Origin: Piromyces finnis finn
Lineage: Eukaryota; Fungi; Neocallimastigomycota
Direction: 5' to 3'
Assembly: GCA_002104945.1 (NCBI GenBank)
Contig: MCFH01000013.1
Span: 620,001-684,000, forward strand
Length of the DNA stretch: 64,000 bases
Shown here: in pieces, positions 38,719-54,664 of the stretch
Layout: each line of letters starts with the position of its first letter
Position numbering within the stretch: position 1 is the first letter of the stretch
The notes under the pieces: model-generated
Seen by the model: only the letters and a program-made list of their open reading frames with translations
Database searches by the model: none
What the model was told of the DNA's origin: nothing
Program-made: the position numbers and the translations under genes

Positions 38719-41700
38719 ATGTTGACCGATGATCCGTCATTTTCCTCCGTTGTTGAGGATAAAAATACTGATGCCGAAAAAAATGCTAAAAAGCGCAGTT
38801 CTCGTACGATTTTTGGTTCCTATCAACTTCTTCGTACAATTGGTGAAGGAGAATTTGGTAAAGTAAAACTTGGTTTAAAAATTAATACTCAGTCAGCGGT
38901 AAATATCTTTTTATTGAATATCTAGAGTATATCCCTAATTCAAAAGAAAATTTACTAATAATTTTTTTTATAAATTTTTAATTTATTTAAAAAATAGGTT
39001 GCTATTAAACTCATTAAGAAAAAAAATGTTTTTAACCAAAATAAGTTAACTAAACTTTGTCAAGAAATCAGTATTTTAGAAGTAATTTTTTTTATTACAA
39101 ATTATTATAATATATGTTTTTATTATTGTGGTTTTTTTTTTAAAAAAAAAAAAAAAAGATAAAATATATTAAATATTAAATATAATATTAAACTATTTTT
39201 ATTTATACCATACCTATAGAAAGTAAATCATCCTTTTATTATTAAAACTTATGAAGTTATAGAAGATAATGATTATATTGGTATTATTATGGAATATGCT
39301 TCTGGTAAGTACTATATTTATAAGTATTTATTAAAATTGAATAAGAATATATATAGTAATCGATTAAATTGCTTATATATGTTTTATAGGAGGTGAACTC
39401 TTTGAATATATTCTTGCTCACCGTTATTTAGAAGAATATGAAGCAAAAAGATTTTTTGCACAACTTCTTAGTGGTATAAACTACCTTCATAAAAATCATT
39501 TAGTTCATCGTGATTTAAAATTGGTAATATAAAATATTAATATTAATAAAAAAAAGTTTAATAGTTTAAAACTGAAATAATGAAAAGATTATTTTTTAGC
39601 AATTATTGACTTAAAATAATAAGAAAATCATTTAAAAATTTAAATGCAAACATTAAAATTTTGGTTTTATATAAATTTATTTTGATAATTTATCATATAG
39701 GAAAATTTATTATTAGATAGCATTCATAATATAGTTATTACTGATTTTGGTTTTGCTACAGAATCTCATTCAGATGAAAATAAATTTTTAACGACTTCAT
39801 GCGGTAGTCCATGCTACGCTGCTCCAGAATTAGTTGTTAATGATGTAAGATAATATTTTTTTAATTCATTATAGTATTATATAGTACCACCACCACCATC
39901 GATCAATTTTCTTATGATATATATATTTCTCTCTTTTTTTTTTTTTTTAAAAAAAAAACTTGAATTAACTTAGGGTTACGTTGGGGAAGCTGCAGATATA
40001 TGGAGTTGTGGTGTTATTCTTTATGCGATGATTTGTGGATATTTACCATTTGATGATGATCCAAATAATCCAGATGGTGAAAATATTCATTTACTTTATA
40101 AATATATTTTAGAAACAGAAGTTTCATTCCCAGATTATGTAAGCGAAGAAGCTAAAAGTCTATTACGTGGTATATTAAATCCAGATCCAGATACTCGTTT
40201 TAAAATGGATCAAATAATTAACCATCCATGGTTAATTGATTTTAAAGAATTTATTTTATTAGAATATGACGATAATAATGAAGCTATTATACCAGAATGT
40301 GAAGATATGCCTGAAAATATGAAGATAATGGTAGATAATAATATGAATAATGTAAAAACATTAGCTTCCCAAGTCTTTTCATCCGTTTCATCGTCCAATT
40401 CTCAACAAGAACTTAAAAATTTAAATGAAAATGATGAGCAAATTTCAATTCAAAATAATACTGGCAATGATGATGATAATAATAATGATAATGAAAGTAA
40501 TAGTGATAGTGATGAAGAAGATAGTGAAGAAGTCAGCGATGATGATAGTGAAAACGATAATAATAATGACTATTTCATGGATACACAAAATGTTTTACCA
40601 GATGTTTCCACTATTGATACAGATCAGTACATTGATTTTATTAAACAAAGTGACTGTGATACCACTTCAAATATTAATAGTGAAGCTTCAGATATTAATG
40701 GACAAATAGTTATCAAAAAAGATAGCTATTACACTGCACAAGGTATGGATTTAAATCAAAACAGTAGTGTCATGAATGAAAGTCATGTTGATGAAGATTT
40801 TGATATACCAATGGATGTATCCATTCCAATGAATACTAAGCACAATTACGGTGGTGATAGTGTTACTATTCCAGATTCAATATCAAATTATTATACAGAT
40901 AGTTCTGAAATATTTTCAACCCCATTACCTTCTAAATCAATTAACAGTAAAATTAGTCATAGTACCTATTTATCATCCACAAGTGAAATTAATGAACATC
41001 ATTCTATAGAACAATCAAATAAAACAGTAACAGACAAAAAGGAAACAGAAAAAGAAAATCAAACAGATGACATTATACTTCCAGGTAGTCTAAATGAAGA
41101 TATTTCCCCAATATATTCTAGCATTTTAGAAAACTCTATTGAAGAGCTTCCATCCACTGTAAATAATCAATCAAAAATTGCCTTTAATAGAACATCACTT
41201 CAACCTAAACCAAGAGTTAGTTCCCTTCCAGAAAATAATATAGTATTAACTAGTTTGGAAGATGAAAAGGCTTCCTCTATACTTTCACAAACTGTTGTTG
41301 AAGCACCAACACAAGTTTCAGACATGCCAGAAACCCTCTCTACCGTAATTGTTGAAAATAAGAGTAGTGAAGAATTATCAAAACAAAGTATTCAATTAAA
41401 TATCATAAAGGAAAATGAAGATGAAGTTGATAAAGAAAGTGAAAGCGAATATATTACTAAACTTGAAACTCTCTCCATAAATTCAAACAAGGAACAATCC
41501 TTCCTTAAAGAATACAGTATTATATCAAATAATAAAAGTATTGTTTCAGACAGAAAGAGTATCAGATCAAAAACCGATATTAATCAAATGAACCTAGAAA
41601 ATATCAAAATATCTCGTTCTAATATTTCTTTATCCTCAAAAAGATTATCTATTTGTACTACAACAACCTTAAATAATACATCATTTCTTTCAACCGGCGG

Positions 41701-43003
41701 TGGTAATAATAAAAAGATGTCCGCTGGTGGTGTTAATACCAGTATGAATGATATATCGATGGATGGTCTCCATCCATTGGTAGGTCATACCTCATTAATC
41801 CTTCCACATGAATCTTATTCATCTGACATGAAAAGATATTCCTTAAACGCCTATAAAAAGAATCGTAATAGTTTAGTTATTCCAACCACTAATACCTCCA
41901 TGATCAATTCCTTTAATACTACAACGACATCATCTAAACAACATCCAAGAAATTCAATTATAAATAATAATGTATCTGTCTCCCTTTCTGATAACAAAAT
42001 AATCCCACAAGAAGATGAAAAGGACAAATTTGAAGAAAAAAAAGAGGAGCCTCTTATGATATTGGATGAATTAAAAGAAGACAAAGAACTTTCGGTGGTA
42101 AAACCATCATCAGCAAGTCATCTTCATTTAGAAGAAGCAGAAAATAGTAGTACTAGTGAAATAGAGCATCCTCCAAAAACTGAGGAAAACACTGAGATAA
42201 CATCAATGCCAGTGCATGCCACTGAATCAAAGGTAGATGGAATTGAAGCCTCTGCCTCTACTCAACAAGAGGAAAATAAACCTGCTGAAGTAAAACCAGC
42301 CAAAGAACTCATATCACCAAAAAATCCTTACATAAAATTCTTTAATGGTATCATTGATTCTAAAGCCCTCACTATCACTCCACCATTTGTTACCTTTTTA
42401 GAAATGCAAAAAACATTAATAGATATGGATATTGATTTCCGTGTCTTGAATAATTGTTTCAAGATTCGTTGTCAAAAATCATTTAATAATATTGATTCCC
42501 CAGAAGATTTAGAAGCCATTGCTAAAGCTTCACCAGTAATGTCACCTCTTCATTCTCCAATAAATACCCCATCCTCTACACCATCTCCTCAACTTCCTGC
42601 TAAAACAAAGTACATTAATAAAAGCAAGAAATCACTTAATGACGAAGTTATCACTACAGCAAGTCCAAGAATTAAAGCAAATAATACGGAACAAGTATCA
42701 AAATGTTACAGTTTCCATTCCTATAGTTCTGGCAAATTTAAATCCATTGTAAATTCACTTATATGTGCTAAACCATCTTCCCCATCAACACCAAACCAAT
42801 CCCATGGTAATGACCAAAAACGTTTATTCTCTTTAATAAAACGAAAAAAGACTCAATCTCATGTTATCTTTACCATGGAAATATGCCGTATAAAGAATCG
42901 TGATGAACTTTATATTATAAAATTTAAACGTCGTAAGGGTGATGTTTGGCTTTTTAAAGACCTCTATCAACAAATTATCGCTAGATTACCCTTAAGAACT
43001 TAA
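38719..43003 (+). CDS. Ser/Thr protein kinase, CAMKL group, Kin4/Frk1/Ppk1-like, with a C-terminal KA1-like domain; 6 exons
   Basis: [91 protein letters not shown] (Kin4-family signature). C-terminal [11 protein letters not shown]...[20 protein letters not shown]. Confidence 0.92.
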
Positions 43004-43812
43004 ACCCCCCCCCTCCATATTGGTTTTTTTTTTTTATCAACCTTTGAAAACCCATACCATTCTCCTTTTTCTCCTTCTGATATAATTAACATATATATAT
43101 ATGTTTGGAAACCAAAATTATAAATAAATATATATATATATATTAATATTGTATTCCTTTTCACCCTTTTAAAATATTTTATCTTTACACAATAATACTT
43201 TCTATCTATTTTTTTTTATATTTATTTTTTTTTTTTTTTAATTCTTAATTATGTATTTTTCTAATTTTTTTTTTTTTTTTTTTATTGTATCATTTAAAAA
43301 AAAAAAAAAAAAAAAACTATTTGTACAATGGAAAGAAAAACAAAAAAAAAGAAAAAGTCTATGTATTTACAATTCATTATTACATTCTTTTCTTTATTAG
43401 TATAATTCTTTGTAACATTTAAAAAAATTAAAAAATATATATATAAAAAAAAAAAAAAGAATAAATAAAAAAATAATTTAATAAATGATTTAATAAATAA
43501 ATTAATAATTATTTATAAAATTAGGATAAAGTATCTCTAATAGATATGTAAAAAAAAAAAAAAAAAAATTAGATAAAAAAAAAAAATAAATAAATAAAAG
43601 TAATAATAAGAAAAGAAATATTATAAAGAAATATATTCATCTAGAATAACTATATAAATTTCATAAATAAAATCATTTTTTATTTTATTTTTAATAAATA
43701 GTACATAAATACATTTTAATTTTAATATATAATATATATAATATATTTTTTATATCCTTATTTTCATTGATGTTGTCAGCATCATTGTTCGCCTACTCCT
43801 CCTAATTGATCC

Positions 43813-44213
43813 TTATTCTTTTTTTTTTTTATACATTTCTAATTGTTCCTTGTATTGTATTGTAATTCTTTGTAATTCACGATTACGACCAAAGATTAAT
43901 AAAATTTCTTCTAATAATTCATGTTTTGACATACCCTATATTTTTTTTTTATTATATATAAATATTTTCATTATTTTAATGGTATTAATAATTATAGATT
44001 CATGAATAATGCTTGAATTTTTTTTTTTTTTATAAAAAAATAATAATAAAATGATTTTTACAACAAGTTTCGGTTCCCATTTCAATGATTCTAAATTTTC
44101 AATTCCTGGGCTAATATAAAATGGAAGAAAAGTGAGAGAGAAGGGAGGGAGGGTGTATAAAAAAAAAAAAAAAAAAAAAAAGGAGGTTAAATTTTATTAA
44201 AAATAATGAATTT

Positions 44214-44248
<35 letters not shown>

Positions 44249-46737
44249 CTTTTTTTTTTTTTCTATTTTCCACTTACAGTAAAATTGGACCCAAGAGATC
44301 ATCACAAATTTCTTTAATTTTTCCTATGGCTAATTCATCACTTAATCGACGAGCATAAATATTAAGAACTCTACGATATTCTTTAGCAGAATTTGTAACC
44401 TTTAAACTTGCTAATTCATCTTCTAAATGAGTTAAAGAGGTTCTAACCTTACCAACATAACTATTTTCTTGTGATTTTTTAGTTGCTAAATAAATAAATG
44501 TTTTCATTTTAATATGATAAGCAAAAGTTTTACCATTGGTTGTTGTGATGATTGGAGTTCCGTCGGAACGAAGGGTAATATTCAAAATAGATACATCATT
44601 TTTATTTGATTTTCCTGTTGAATTATACTTTAAAAGTAATCCTATAGAAACAGAGGAAATAATAGATTCTTGTTTTATCACATCCCTATAGTTATTGAAT
44701 ATAATTTATTATTATATTTTAATTATTTATATATATATAATAAAATAATAAAATAATAAACAAAAGAAAAATTATTTTATAATAAACGAAAGAGAAAAAA
44801 TATCTTTCTCAAAGTAGTAGTTTATAACGTACCATACATCTATTAATCCACTTGCACTTAAAGTTAATAAATAGGGACCTGAGGTATCTAAATGAGTAAC
44901 AGGTGTAGGTAAAACAATAACTGGTAATAATCTATATATAATTAGAAAAAAAAAGTTGATAAAAAAAAATTGTAATTAGAAAAACAAAAAAAGAAAAATA
45001 ATAATAATAATAATAATAAATATCATCATCATAAAAATTCAATAATAACTATAGTATTATTGATCTTTTTTTTTTTTTATTTTTTATTTTTTTTTTACCT
45101 TCTACCAGAAAGAGAATATAATATTAAACTTCCATCACGACAAGCAATAACAATAAATTCTTCACTACTTGCTACATGAAGAACATGTGAAGTCATAACA
45201 TCTGTCCATAGAATTTCATTATCTTCATGGCATGATACCACAATTGGACCTTTTAATATATATATATATTTAATAGAATGAATCAATAGGATAATAAAAT
45301 AACTTTTAATTCCCTTTTTACAATTATAATTAAAAAAAAAAAAAGGCAGGGTAGAGACTTACTTTTAGAATTATCACATTCAATAACTTTGGAGGATAAA
45401 AGATTTTCATCATGTGGTATTTTATAATATATTAATTTTGGTATTTTTGGAATAGCAAGAATCGTTGGTATCGAAGGAAGTGGAAGAATAGTTGGAAGAA
45501 TAAATTGTTGTTTTTCTTCTTCTCCATTAGTGCTTTTAGAAAATATCTTTTTAACATTTGAAATAGCAGTACCATCGTCTTCAGAATGCTTTCTTTTAAG
45601 AATAGGAAATCCATTCGATGGGATTGAAGAGGTAGTATGATATATTTGTGGTTCGGATTGATGAAAATCATAACGATCTGAGGTGAACTGACTTTGTGGT
45701 AAGGCAGAGGATGGTAGGGAGGAAGATAGAGAGGAAGAAGACAAAGATGGTAATGTAGAAATATGCATTGGTTGAATTCTTTTTTTACCTTCTTTCGTGG
45801 TTGAAACTTTTTGTATAATGGGCCTACTAAATATATCATCTAATGTAGAATTATTTCCTTGTTTAGTATTTATTGAAAGGTTATTTAATAGTATCGGTGA
45901 GACTCCACTTTGTAAAGTATGCTCCTTTGTTTTATCTTTTTTATTATTATCATCATTATCTATCTTATCATTGACGATATTCTTAGGCTGCTCCTCCGTA
46001 TTATCATTACTATGGTCATGACTCTTTTTATCGTCCTTACTTTCATCACTTTTTGTTATACTATTATCTTCATCTTTTTTAGTATCATCATTAGTATTAG
46101 TATTACTTTGTTCATTTTTATTATCATTATTGGTACCGCCGTTTTCAACATCTATAGTATTAGCTTTTTTACTATCCGTACTTTCTGCTATTGATTTAGA
46201 ACTACTATCCGCCGCCGGTTGTATCTTATCAGAAATTTGAGATGTAATAAAATCTTTTTTAACACTGGGTGACTTTAACTTTAAATCATCATCCGTAGGT
46301 AATGTATATTCACCCATTATTTTTGCTAAACGATTGGAGGCTTGAGATTTATCTATTTTTGAAATTTCTTCTTCCATATTCAATTGAGTAATATCTTCAA
46401 TTGCTGTAACTTTTTGTTTACTATAACCATATTTATCTAAAATTTCATCCTATTCCATTTTATATATATATTATTGTTAATATTATAATCATTTGTAAAT
46501 TTTAAAATTAATTTATAAATTATATTATATTAAATAAAAATAATATATATATAGCTATATTGTATTTACCACTTCTCTTGACTTTAAGGCTTTTCCAAGT
46601 TCTTGCTCTGTAAATTGAAGAATTGCAATGGAACCATCATAAGATGATGCAATTAAAGAAAGACCATCATGACTCCTATTTAAATTTATCACCACCAAAA
46701 TAAAATTTTTAAAAAATGCATAAAATATGAAAAAAAA

Positions 46738-46824
<87 letters not shown>

Positions 46825-48807
46825 AAAGCTATTTGTATATGTATAGCTTTACTAAGAATTACGATGAAAAAAAAAAATTTTTTTTATAATTTATTTACCA
46901 TGTCATATCTAATACACTATGATCAAAAATATCATTGGCAACAATAACAGCACGATTAGTTTCAGTTCTCCATATAGAAATTCCTCGATCTTGACTACCA
47001 ATTGCACAAATAGAAACTGTAGCAGTTTCTTCATTTTCACCATTCATAATTGATTTTTGAAATATCACTGGATTAAATAACTATATAAATATAGGTTAGA
47101 ATGAATTAAGATTATTGATTTAATGTTTCCTCTTTCTTATTCTGCATTATTTATCAAATTAAATCATAATATTATTACTACTTACAGCTACTTCAACAGG
47201 TGCTACATGACCAATAAATGAATGTGATGTATTCCAATCTTCTCTATGAATTACAGCCGCTATATAATGATTTTCATTCATTGCATTAGCTGTTACAATA
47301 TAACTACCATCTGGAGACCAACTAATTTATAAAATTAATTGTATTTACAAATATATACATATATATAATTTAAAGTTTAACACCAAACCGTTTTATATTA
47401 AAATATTATTTTTTTTTTCTTTTATCTTTACCTCAAACGACGAAAGAATGTTGTACTTGGTGTGTTTTTAAATGGTTCAATAATAGTGGTTTCCATCTTC
47501 CAATCTGAAGTTCTCCATATTTTAATTGTTCTATCATCAGACTTTTTAAAAATTAATATAAATAATATATTTACTACATATATATTATAATAATAATAAT
47601 AATAATAATTACTTGAGATGCCAAATATTTTCCAACAGGATCCCATGTTACACCTTTAACAAAACCTTGATGACCTGTTAGACATTGAAGACGATCTATT
47701 ATAATATAATATAAAATTATTTTTGTTTTTGTTTTTTGTTTTTTGTTTTTTTTATTAATACTATTGATTTATTATTATTATTATTATTATTATGATTATA
47801 TTTATTTACCAAATGTTGATCCATCCCAAATATAGATTTTACTATCTAAACCACAAGAAGCTAAATATTGATTATCCTGTGACCAAGCTAAATCAACGAC
47901 ATCTATTATATATATATAAATTGTGAATACCTTTAAAATAAATATACTTATTAAATATTTTAAATTTCTATACCTGATTCATGTCCTGTTAAACATTTTA
48001 CTACTGAATAATTTTCTATATTTGGTGTATCACTTCCAAATGAAAAGTTTGAAGGAAGAGCACTTCTATTATTTAAAATATATCACATTTATATTATAAA
48101 TAAATAAAATTTTAAAGATTTAAAATTTTAATTAAAATATATTAATTAAAGTTTATTAATATTATATTCAAAATAAATTAACATATTTTTTATATATATG
48201 TGATTATATGTCATTACTTGTTATGCCTCCAGATAATAATAATTTTATCATCAGAACCTGAAGCAAGATATTCACCTTCAATATTTGACCAACGAACGCA
48301 TAACACAGTTCCTATAATATAAAATTTAAAATTTGATTTTAAATTTATTAAAGATTAAATATTTGACGCTTTTTTTTTATTAAATCATATGTAAATATTG
48401 ATTTGTTTTCTAAAATAAAATTAAATATAAACCTTGATGATTTACTAAGGTAGATAGTAATTTTGGTATATCATCATCCATTTCATCTTCCTGTCTATAC
48501 AATGGTCTAGTATCCCATATTTTAATTTTTGCATCTTTTTTATTATTATTATTATTATAATGATTAATTAATTAATTAGAATTATAAAATCAATATATAG
48601 TTGTATGAAATTATTGAAATTGTTGTTATTGTTTTCTTTTGTTTGTTTGTTTTAATAATGATAAATATATATATATTGTTTATGAGAAATACCTAAAGAT
48701 CCTGTTGCCAATTTTTTTCCATTAGGATGTAAATGTAATGTAAATATAGTTGCATTCTTTTTTTTATCATCTGTATGAGAAACCCAATCTGGTCTTAGTA
48801 TAATCAT
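43813..48807 (-). CDS. HIR1: Histone chaperone HIRA/Hir1 (WD40 repeats, B motif, C-terminal Hira domain); multi-exon
   Basis: Start MIILRPDWVSHTD...HPNGKKLATGS; CVRWSNIEGEYLASGSDD; VKGVTWDPVGKYLASQSDD; TTFFRRL; SFIGHVAPVEV; HSVLDMTWSHDG; B motif TTKEGKKRIQPM; HLEDELASL...AKEYRRVLNIYARRL; final exon WEPKLV|GMSKHELLEEIL ending at TAA 43813. Confidence 0.93.
46738..46850. repeat. Inverted microsatellite (AAT)16-TG-(TTA)11 followed by an 8-bp hairpin, inside a HIR1 intron (46676-46898)
   Basis: Direct reading; AAAGCTAT (46825-46832) pairs with ATAGCTTT (46843-46850). Confidence 0.9.
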
Positions 48808-48889
48808 TTTAATTTATATTTTATTTTTATAAAAAAAAAAAAGGTTTTTTCGTTTATCCAAAATTTAAAATAATGTGCTTTATATGCTT

Positions 48890-48934
<45 letters not shown>

Positions 48935-51753
48935 GGTATTATAATTTTGAATGATAATTTTATATATATGAAAATGATATGTTTCTTTTCTCTATGTTTT
49001 CCTGAATTATTATATATCCTGTTTTCTAAATTTTTCAATGTGTAATTCCAAAAAAAAAAAAAAATAAATATATATATATATGGAAAAATGGAAATGGAAA
49101 AAAAGAAAAAAAAAACTTGTTTTTATTTATAAATTTATATGTATATTAATCTCTTTTTTTTTTTTAATAAAAAAAAATATATATATATATATATAAATTT
49201 ATAAAAATGTATAATTTAAATTAAATAATATTATTTCTTTACACTTTATCACTTTTTTATTTCTTTTATTAATCAATAGCTGTTATATGCATTATATTAA
49301 TAAATATATGTTGTTTCTTTTATAATGTACTTTATAAATTGTTAAAGTTGTATTCCATTTATTTTATCAAAAATTGTTAAATGATTGATGATTTTGAAAT
49401 TAACATTTCAAATTTTTAAAATATTTAAAAATATTTATTGTGTCTATAAATGTGTAAAATTAAGAAAATTGGATATAGAATATTTAAAATGTTAAATATG
49501 TTTATTATAAATTTTAACAGTTGTTAATATTAATTTATTAATTCAATATTTTATAATTTTGTAATTTTACATTAAAGATTTTTATAAAAAAAAAATGGTT
49601 TATAATAAAAAAAACTTTTTTTTTTAATATATAATATTTATATTTAAAAATCTTTCTTAAATTTTTTTATTATAAATAATAAAAAAAAAAAAATAAAAGA
49701 AACAAAAGTAGTGTATTTATCTACAAATTCTATTTATTACTTTACACTTTATAAAAATATATTACTTTAGCATTTTATAAAAAAGCATTTATTTACTTTA
49801 TACTATATTAAATAGAATACTAAAATAATATATATGAATTAAAAAATGCACTAAAATAAAGTAAAGAAAAAAAATTACAATATAAAGATATATGTAAAAA
49901 TAATAATAATAATAATTAATATTTTTATTATTTATTCTAATGCTTTTTTTTTTTTAGTTTTAATTTTAATTTACTGTATAAATAAAGAACGTTAGATAAT
50001 TATTCACATTAATTTCTTTATTTTTTAATTCTTTTTATAAGATAAATAATTTGTTATTATAGGATTCATCATCATCATAGCTTCAATTAGCCTACTTATT
50101 CTTTTATTTAAATTACAAAACTACAAAATTAAAAGAATCTCACTTTTAACAATAATTAAATATAAATAATATTAAATTTTAACACGAAATATATTAAAAT
50201 ATGCTAAATTATTTAATAATAACATTATAAATATTTAAGTTTATAATTAGTAAAAATATAATAACAAAATAAAAAATCAACATAATATTTGGTATTTAAA
50301 AAAAGAAGACAATATTGTAACTTGTAATGATCTAAATTTAGTTAATATATTATATAAAATTCAAATAAAAAAAACTATAGTTATGAACTTTTATAATATC
50401 TTTTGTTTGTTTTTTTATTAAATTATTATAACATATATTTATTATTATGCTTAAAAGGGATATTCTATAATATTTATTTTTAAATCATATATATATAATG
50501 TATTACCTTTCTTCTTCTTCTTATATTTTATTTTGTTCTTTTCAAAAAAAAAAATCTTTGTTTTTTTTGATCTAAGTAATAATTGGCTTAAAAAATAATA
50601 CTAATTAAATATTATTAACTAATAAACTTTAAATTATATTATTTTGGATGTTTTTGGAAATTTATTAATTAAAAAAATATTCCGCTTTTTTTTAAGTTAA
50701 ATTAAATTTATTTTTAGTTTAGAATTAGATTTGTATTATTTTTTTACACCACTTTTCAATAAAACAATGAGAAACACTTAAATGATAACGAACTATCTTT
50801 TTTTATAGAAATAAAAACATATATATATAATAAATATACCAATTACATAACACCTTTGTATATATAATAATAAAAATATAATGAATATAACAAATTATAT
50901 ATTATATATAATTTAAATACCATAAAAAGATCAAACAATCCTTTTTTGATATTTATAGTATTTATTGATTTTCTTTCAGGTTTTATATTACTTATTTATG
51001 AAAATAAAAAATAATATTCTCAATAATGTCATGCTAATATTTCGATAATATTATAAGTTATCCATTAAAAATAAAAAAGCAATATAAAAATAAAATAACA
51101 ATACTATTAATATTACAAAAATTTACACTTTTAATTCGAGAGTACAAATTTTATGATTATAATGTATATATATACTGAACTTTTCGTAATTATAACAAAA
51201 TTTTAACTATTAAAAGTAAATTTTGTTAAATGTATATTATTCATTATTAATTGTGAATGAAATAAATGGGATATATTTTTATGTATAATTTTTATATAAT
51301 AATAATTAATAATTAGTTTTATATAAGTATTCTATTTATCTATTTATATATAGTAAGATTAATTAATATACTTTAATAATAAAGAATAAAAATATAATAA
51401 AATGTTTTTACTATATATACTTTTAAGTATAATAAAATGTTTTAGTTATGTATTCTTTTAAAAAAAACTTTAAATTTTTAACAAAAAAGATACTTTACTA
51501 TTTTACATAACTATTTCATTTTTATTTTTTTTTCTTTCAAATCTTATTATTTATACTTGTATATATCTCCAAAAAGATAAAATAATATTAATAATAACTT
51601 TAAAAGATTTTCTTTTACAATTCTCTTCATAAAGTTTAATTATTTAAAATATATAATATTTTTTTCATTTTTTAGTATCCAAAATATCTTAAAATTTTAA
51701 TTTATTAAAATTATCTTTTTTATATATTAAAAATTGACCTCCTTTTCTTTATA

Positions 51754-51785
<32 letters not shown>

Positions 51786-52221
51786 AACTTTTAAATAAAT
51801 CTTAAAAAGGGAAAGAATAAAGGAAAAGGAAAAGAACAAAAAAAAAAAAAAAAAGGCTTTAAGATATCTATTTATATACATAGTAATTCTTAAAGTTTTA
51901 TTAAAAAAAATAATGAAATTGATATAATAATTAAATAAAAAAAAAATTATAATTAAATATAAATAATATATCCAAATTCTTAATCAATTTTATAAAAGTT
52001 ATTTAATAAACATTCATTTATATTTATTATAATTTTTTTATTATTCAAACTTTTATTATTATTATTATTATTCTTGAGAATATCAAAGATCTCAATAAAA
52101 AATAAAATAAATAGCATAAATAAATTTAGAATACAATTAATTTATAATTTATAATCAATATATCATATCAACATTTTAAAAAAAAAAAAAAAAAAAAAGA
52201 AAAGAAAGAAAAGAAAAGAAA

Positions 52222-53936
52222 ATGCCAATTCCAATAAACACAACAAAAAAGGTTATTGATGAAGAAACATTAGCAAAGGAAAAAGAAGTCATTGTATGTA
52301 AAATAAAATATTTTTTCCTTTTTACATATTTATATATATATTAGTTTAAAAAATTATATAATGATAATGTTTTGAAATGAATAAAAAAAATAAAATGTAA
52401 AGTAATAAAAGTAATAATAACCATCAAAATTATATATACCATTTAGAATAATGAAATAAACTGGTACTTAACTACACAAGGACCTGTTGTTATCAATGAA
52501 TTAATTACAAAATTAAAAGTATGATAATTTGAATATAATTAATAACATAAAGCATATAACATTTTAATAATAATCAAAATTTATTATTCAATCATTTTTA
52601 TTATAATAATAAAGGAAGCTGCTACATTAATTCATTTTAAACATGATACAACTACTGACGGATTGACGCTTGCAGTTACCAATGCAAAGTAATTAAAATT
52701 AGAATGAAAGATAAAAATTTGTTGTAATCAATTAAAAAAGAGTATATATTAATACAAAAATTAAATTTAGTTGTGATAATTTAAAAGGTTTTATTACAGT
52801 AAATGATATCTATATCACTAAAGGAGTATGTAACTTATTCAAAGAAAAAAAATAAATATTGTTTATATTTAATTACAAACTTTACTTATTGATAGTAATA
52901 TATTTCTTTATCAGGAACTTTTAATAAAATTCCCACATTATAATCGAGGAAATGCTATAAAAACAATATATAATCCAAAAGAACCACACTGTTTATATCA
53001 AGTAAGTTTTATTTTATTATATTTTTTTTTTAATAAAACTAAGGATAATTTTATAATAATAATAATAAAATAAATAAATCTTTAAATCCTAATATTTTGA
53101 AAATTTATTTTATTTTAAATATTAATATAGCTTCAAGATATTTATAATCATATTCACAAAATAATTGAAATATTAGAACATTATAGGATGGAAACCTATT
53201 CTCTTGAACAATTACATGAAGTAATTTATATTTATATTTATATTGAATTAAAATTCAAAAATTTAAAAATTTATAAAATTTTATATTATATATTATATCT
53301 TGATAATCGATATATATACAACATATATAATTCATTTATTTTATAGTTAATTAAGCAAACAAATATGTTCTTAAAGAAAATAAAATTCATCTTATCTCAA
53401 AAGGAAGAAAATTACGTTTACCCATATCGTTGTAATCCAAAAGTAATATAAAATTAAAAATATTTCAATACATAATTAAAATTTATATTAATCGCTTTAA
53501 ATAATTATTATAAAGAGTTTTTCACCAGAATTACCAGCAGATTTTGTAATAGAATATTATATTAACATGTCAAACATTGTTGTTGCAATATTTAATATTT
53601 CAGCTTCACAATCACAGCAACCAAAACTTTCATCAAAAATTATTGGAAAAGTCAAAACAATAAAGTCTAGGTAAACCATAAATGAACATTAATATAAATA
53701 TATCAGCTTCCTATAATTATTTTTGATAAAATACTAAAATATATAATTTCATAATAAAAACTGTTAAATATATAACTAGTACACATTTATCAAGTCATAA
53801 ATCAAGCACTCTTAATGAAATTATTGTAGAATGTCCAAGTCCAAATCTTTTAAAGTTTAATAAATTAATAAATGATATATCAGATGTCTCTAATAATTGT
53901 CAATACAAATTGAAAATATTCTTAGAAAAGCAATAA
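52222..53936 (+). CDS. RAV2: RAVE complex subunit Rav2 / ROGDI homologue; 9 small exons, not in the ORF track
   Basis: Hand-spliced in phase: MPIPINTTKK...NEINWYLTTQGPVVINELITKLKEAA...LTLAVTNANCDNLKGFITVNDIYITKG...LQDIYNHI...SFSPELPADFVIEYYINMSNIVVAIFNI...IIVECPSPNL...YKLKIFLEKQ*. This follows the Rogdi/Rav2 pattern as I recall it (E.RWLL, D..KG..TL, MF.P.LP.DL.V..YIN). Confidence 0.85.
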
Positions 53937-54545
53937 TTTATTAAAAAAAAAAAAAGAAAAATGGAATTTTAAATCTATTATACTTATATTGTTAGTATTA
54001 ATAATAATAAAAAAGTTTATCAAATATTAATACTTATCTCAGAATATATATAATAACTTCGAATATAATTAATCTATAAATTCATATTAACAATAAAAAA
54101 GAAACTTTATTATAATAATAAAAATAATACAAATCATAAATCATATTTCAACTTAAAAAAAGAAAAGTAATACACTTTTATGTTATGATTATGTAATTGT
54201 TTGATAAGGATTGCTATCATTACTAATATATTTACTACTATTTTTGATTATTATAATGATTACTACTTTATTAAAAAGTTTTGTTATTGTTACTATTATT
54301 ATTACTTTTATTATTAGTAGTAATAGTAGTAGTAGTAGTATTTGATATTTATTTGATACTATTTTATGTTTTATTTTAATGATATAAATGATAATTATTT
54401 ATTTGATGATTTATCTAATTAATATGTATTTGTTCATCCATATATTATTAATAATTTATCTTTTTTAGCCAATTACTATAAATGTAATTTATTTATCTAA
54501 TATAATTAAAATTAATCAATATTATTTATTTATTTATCCATTCAT

Positions 54546-54664
<119 letters not shown>

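Noticed and set aside
50063-50170. Possible orphan exon encoding a hydrophobic stretch (FIIIIASISLLILLFK) after a TAG acceptor
   Set aside because: No upstream start or donor exon was found, and AT-rich DNA gives such peptides by chance.
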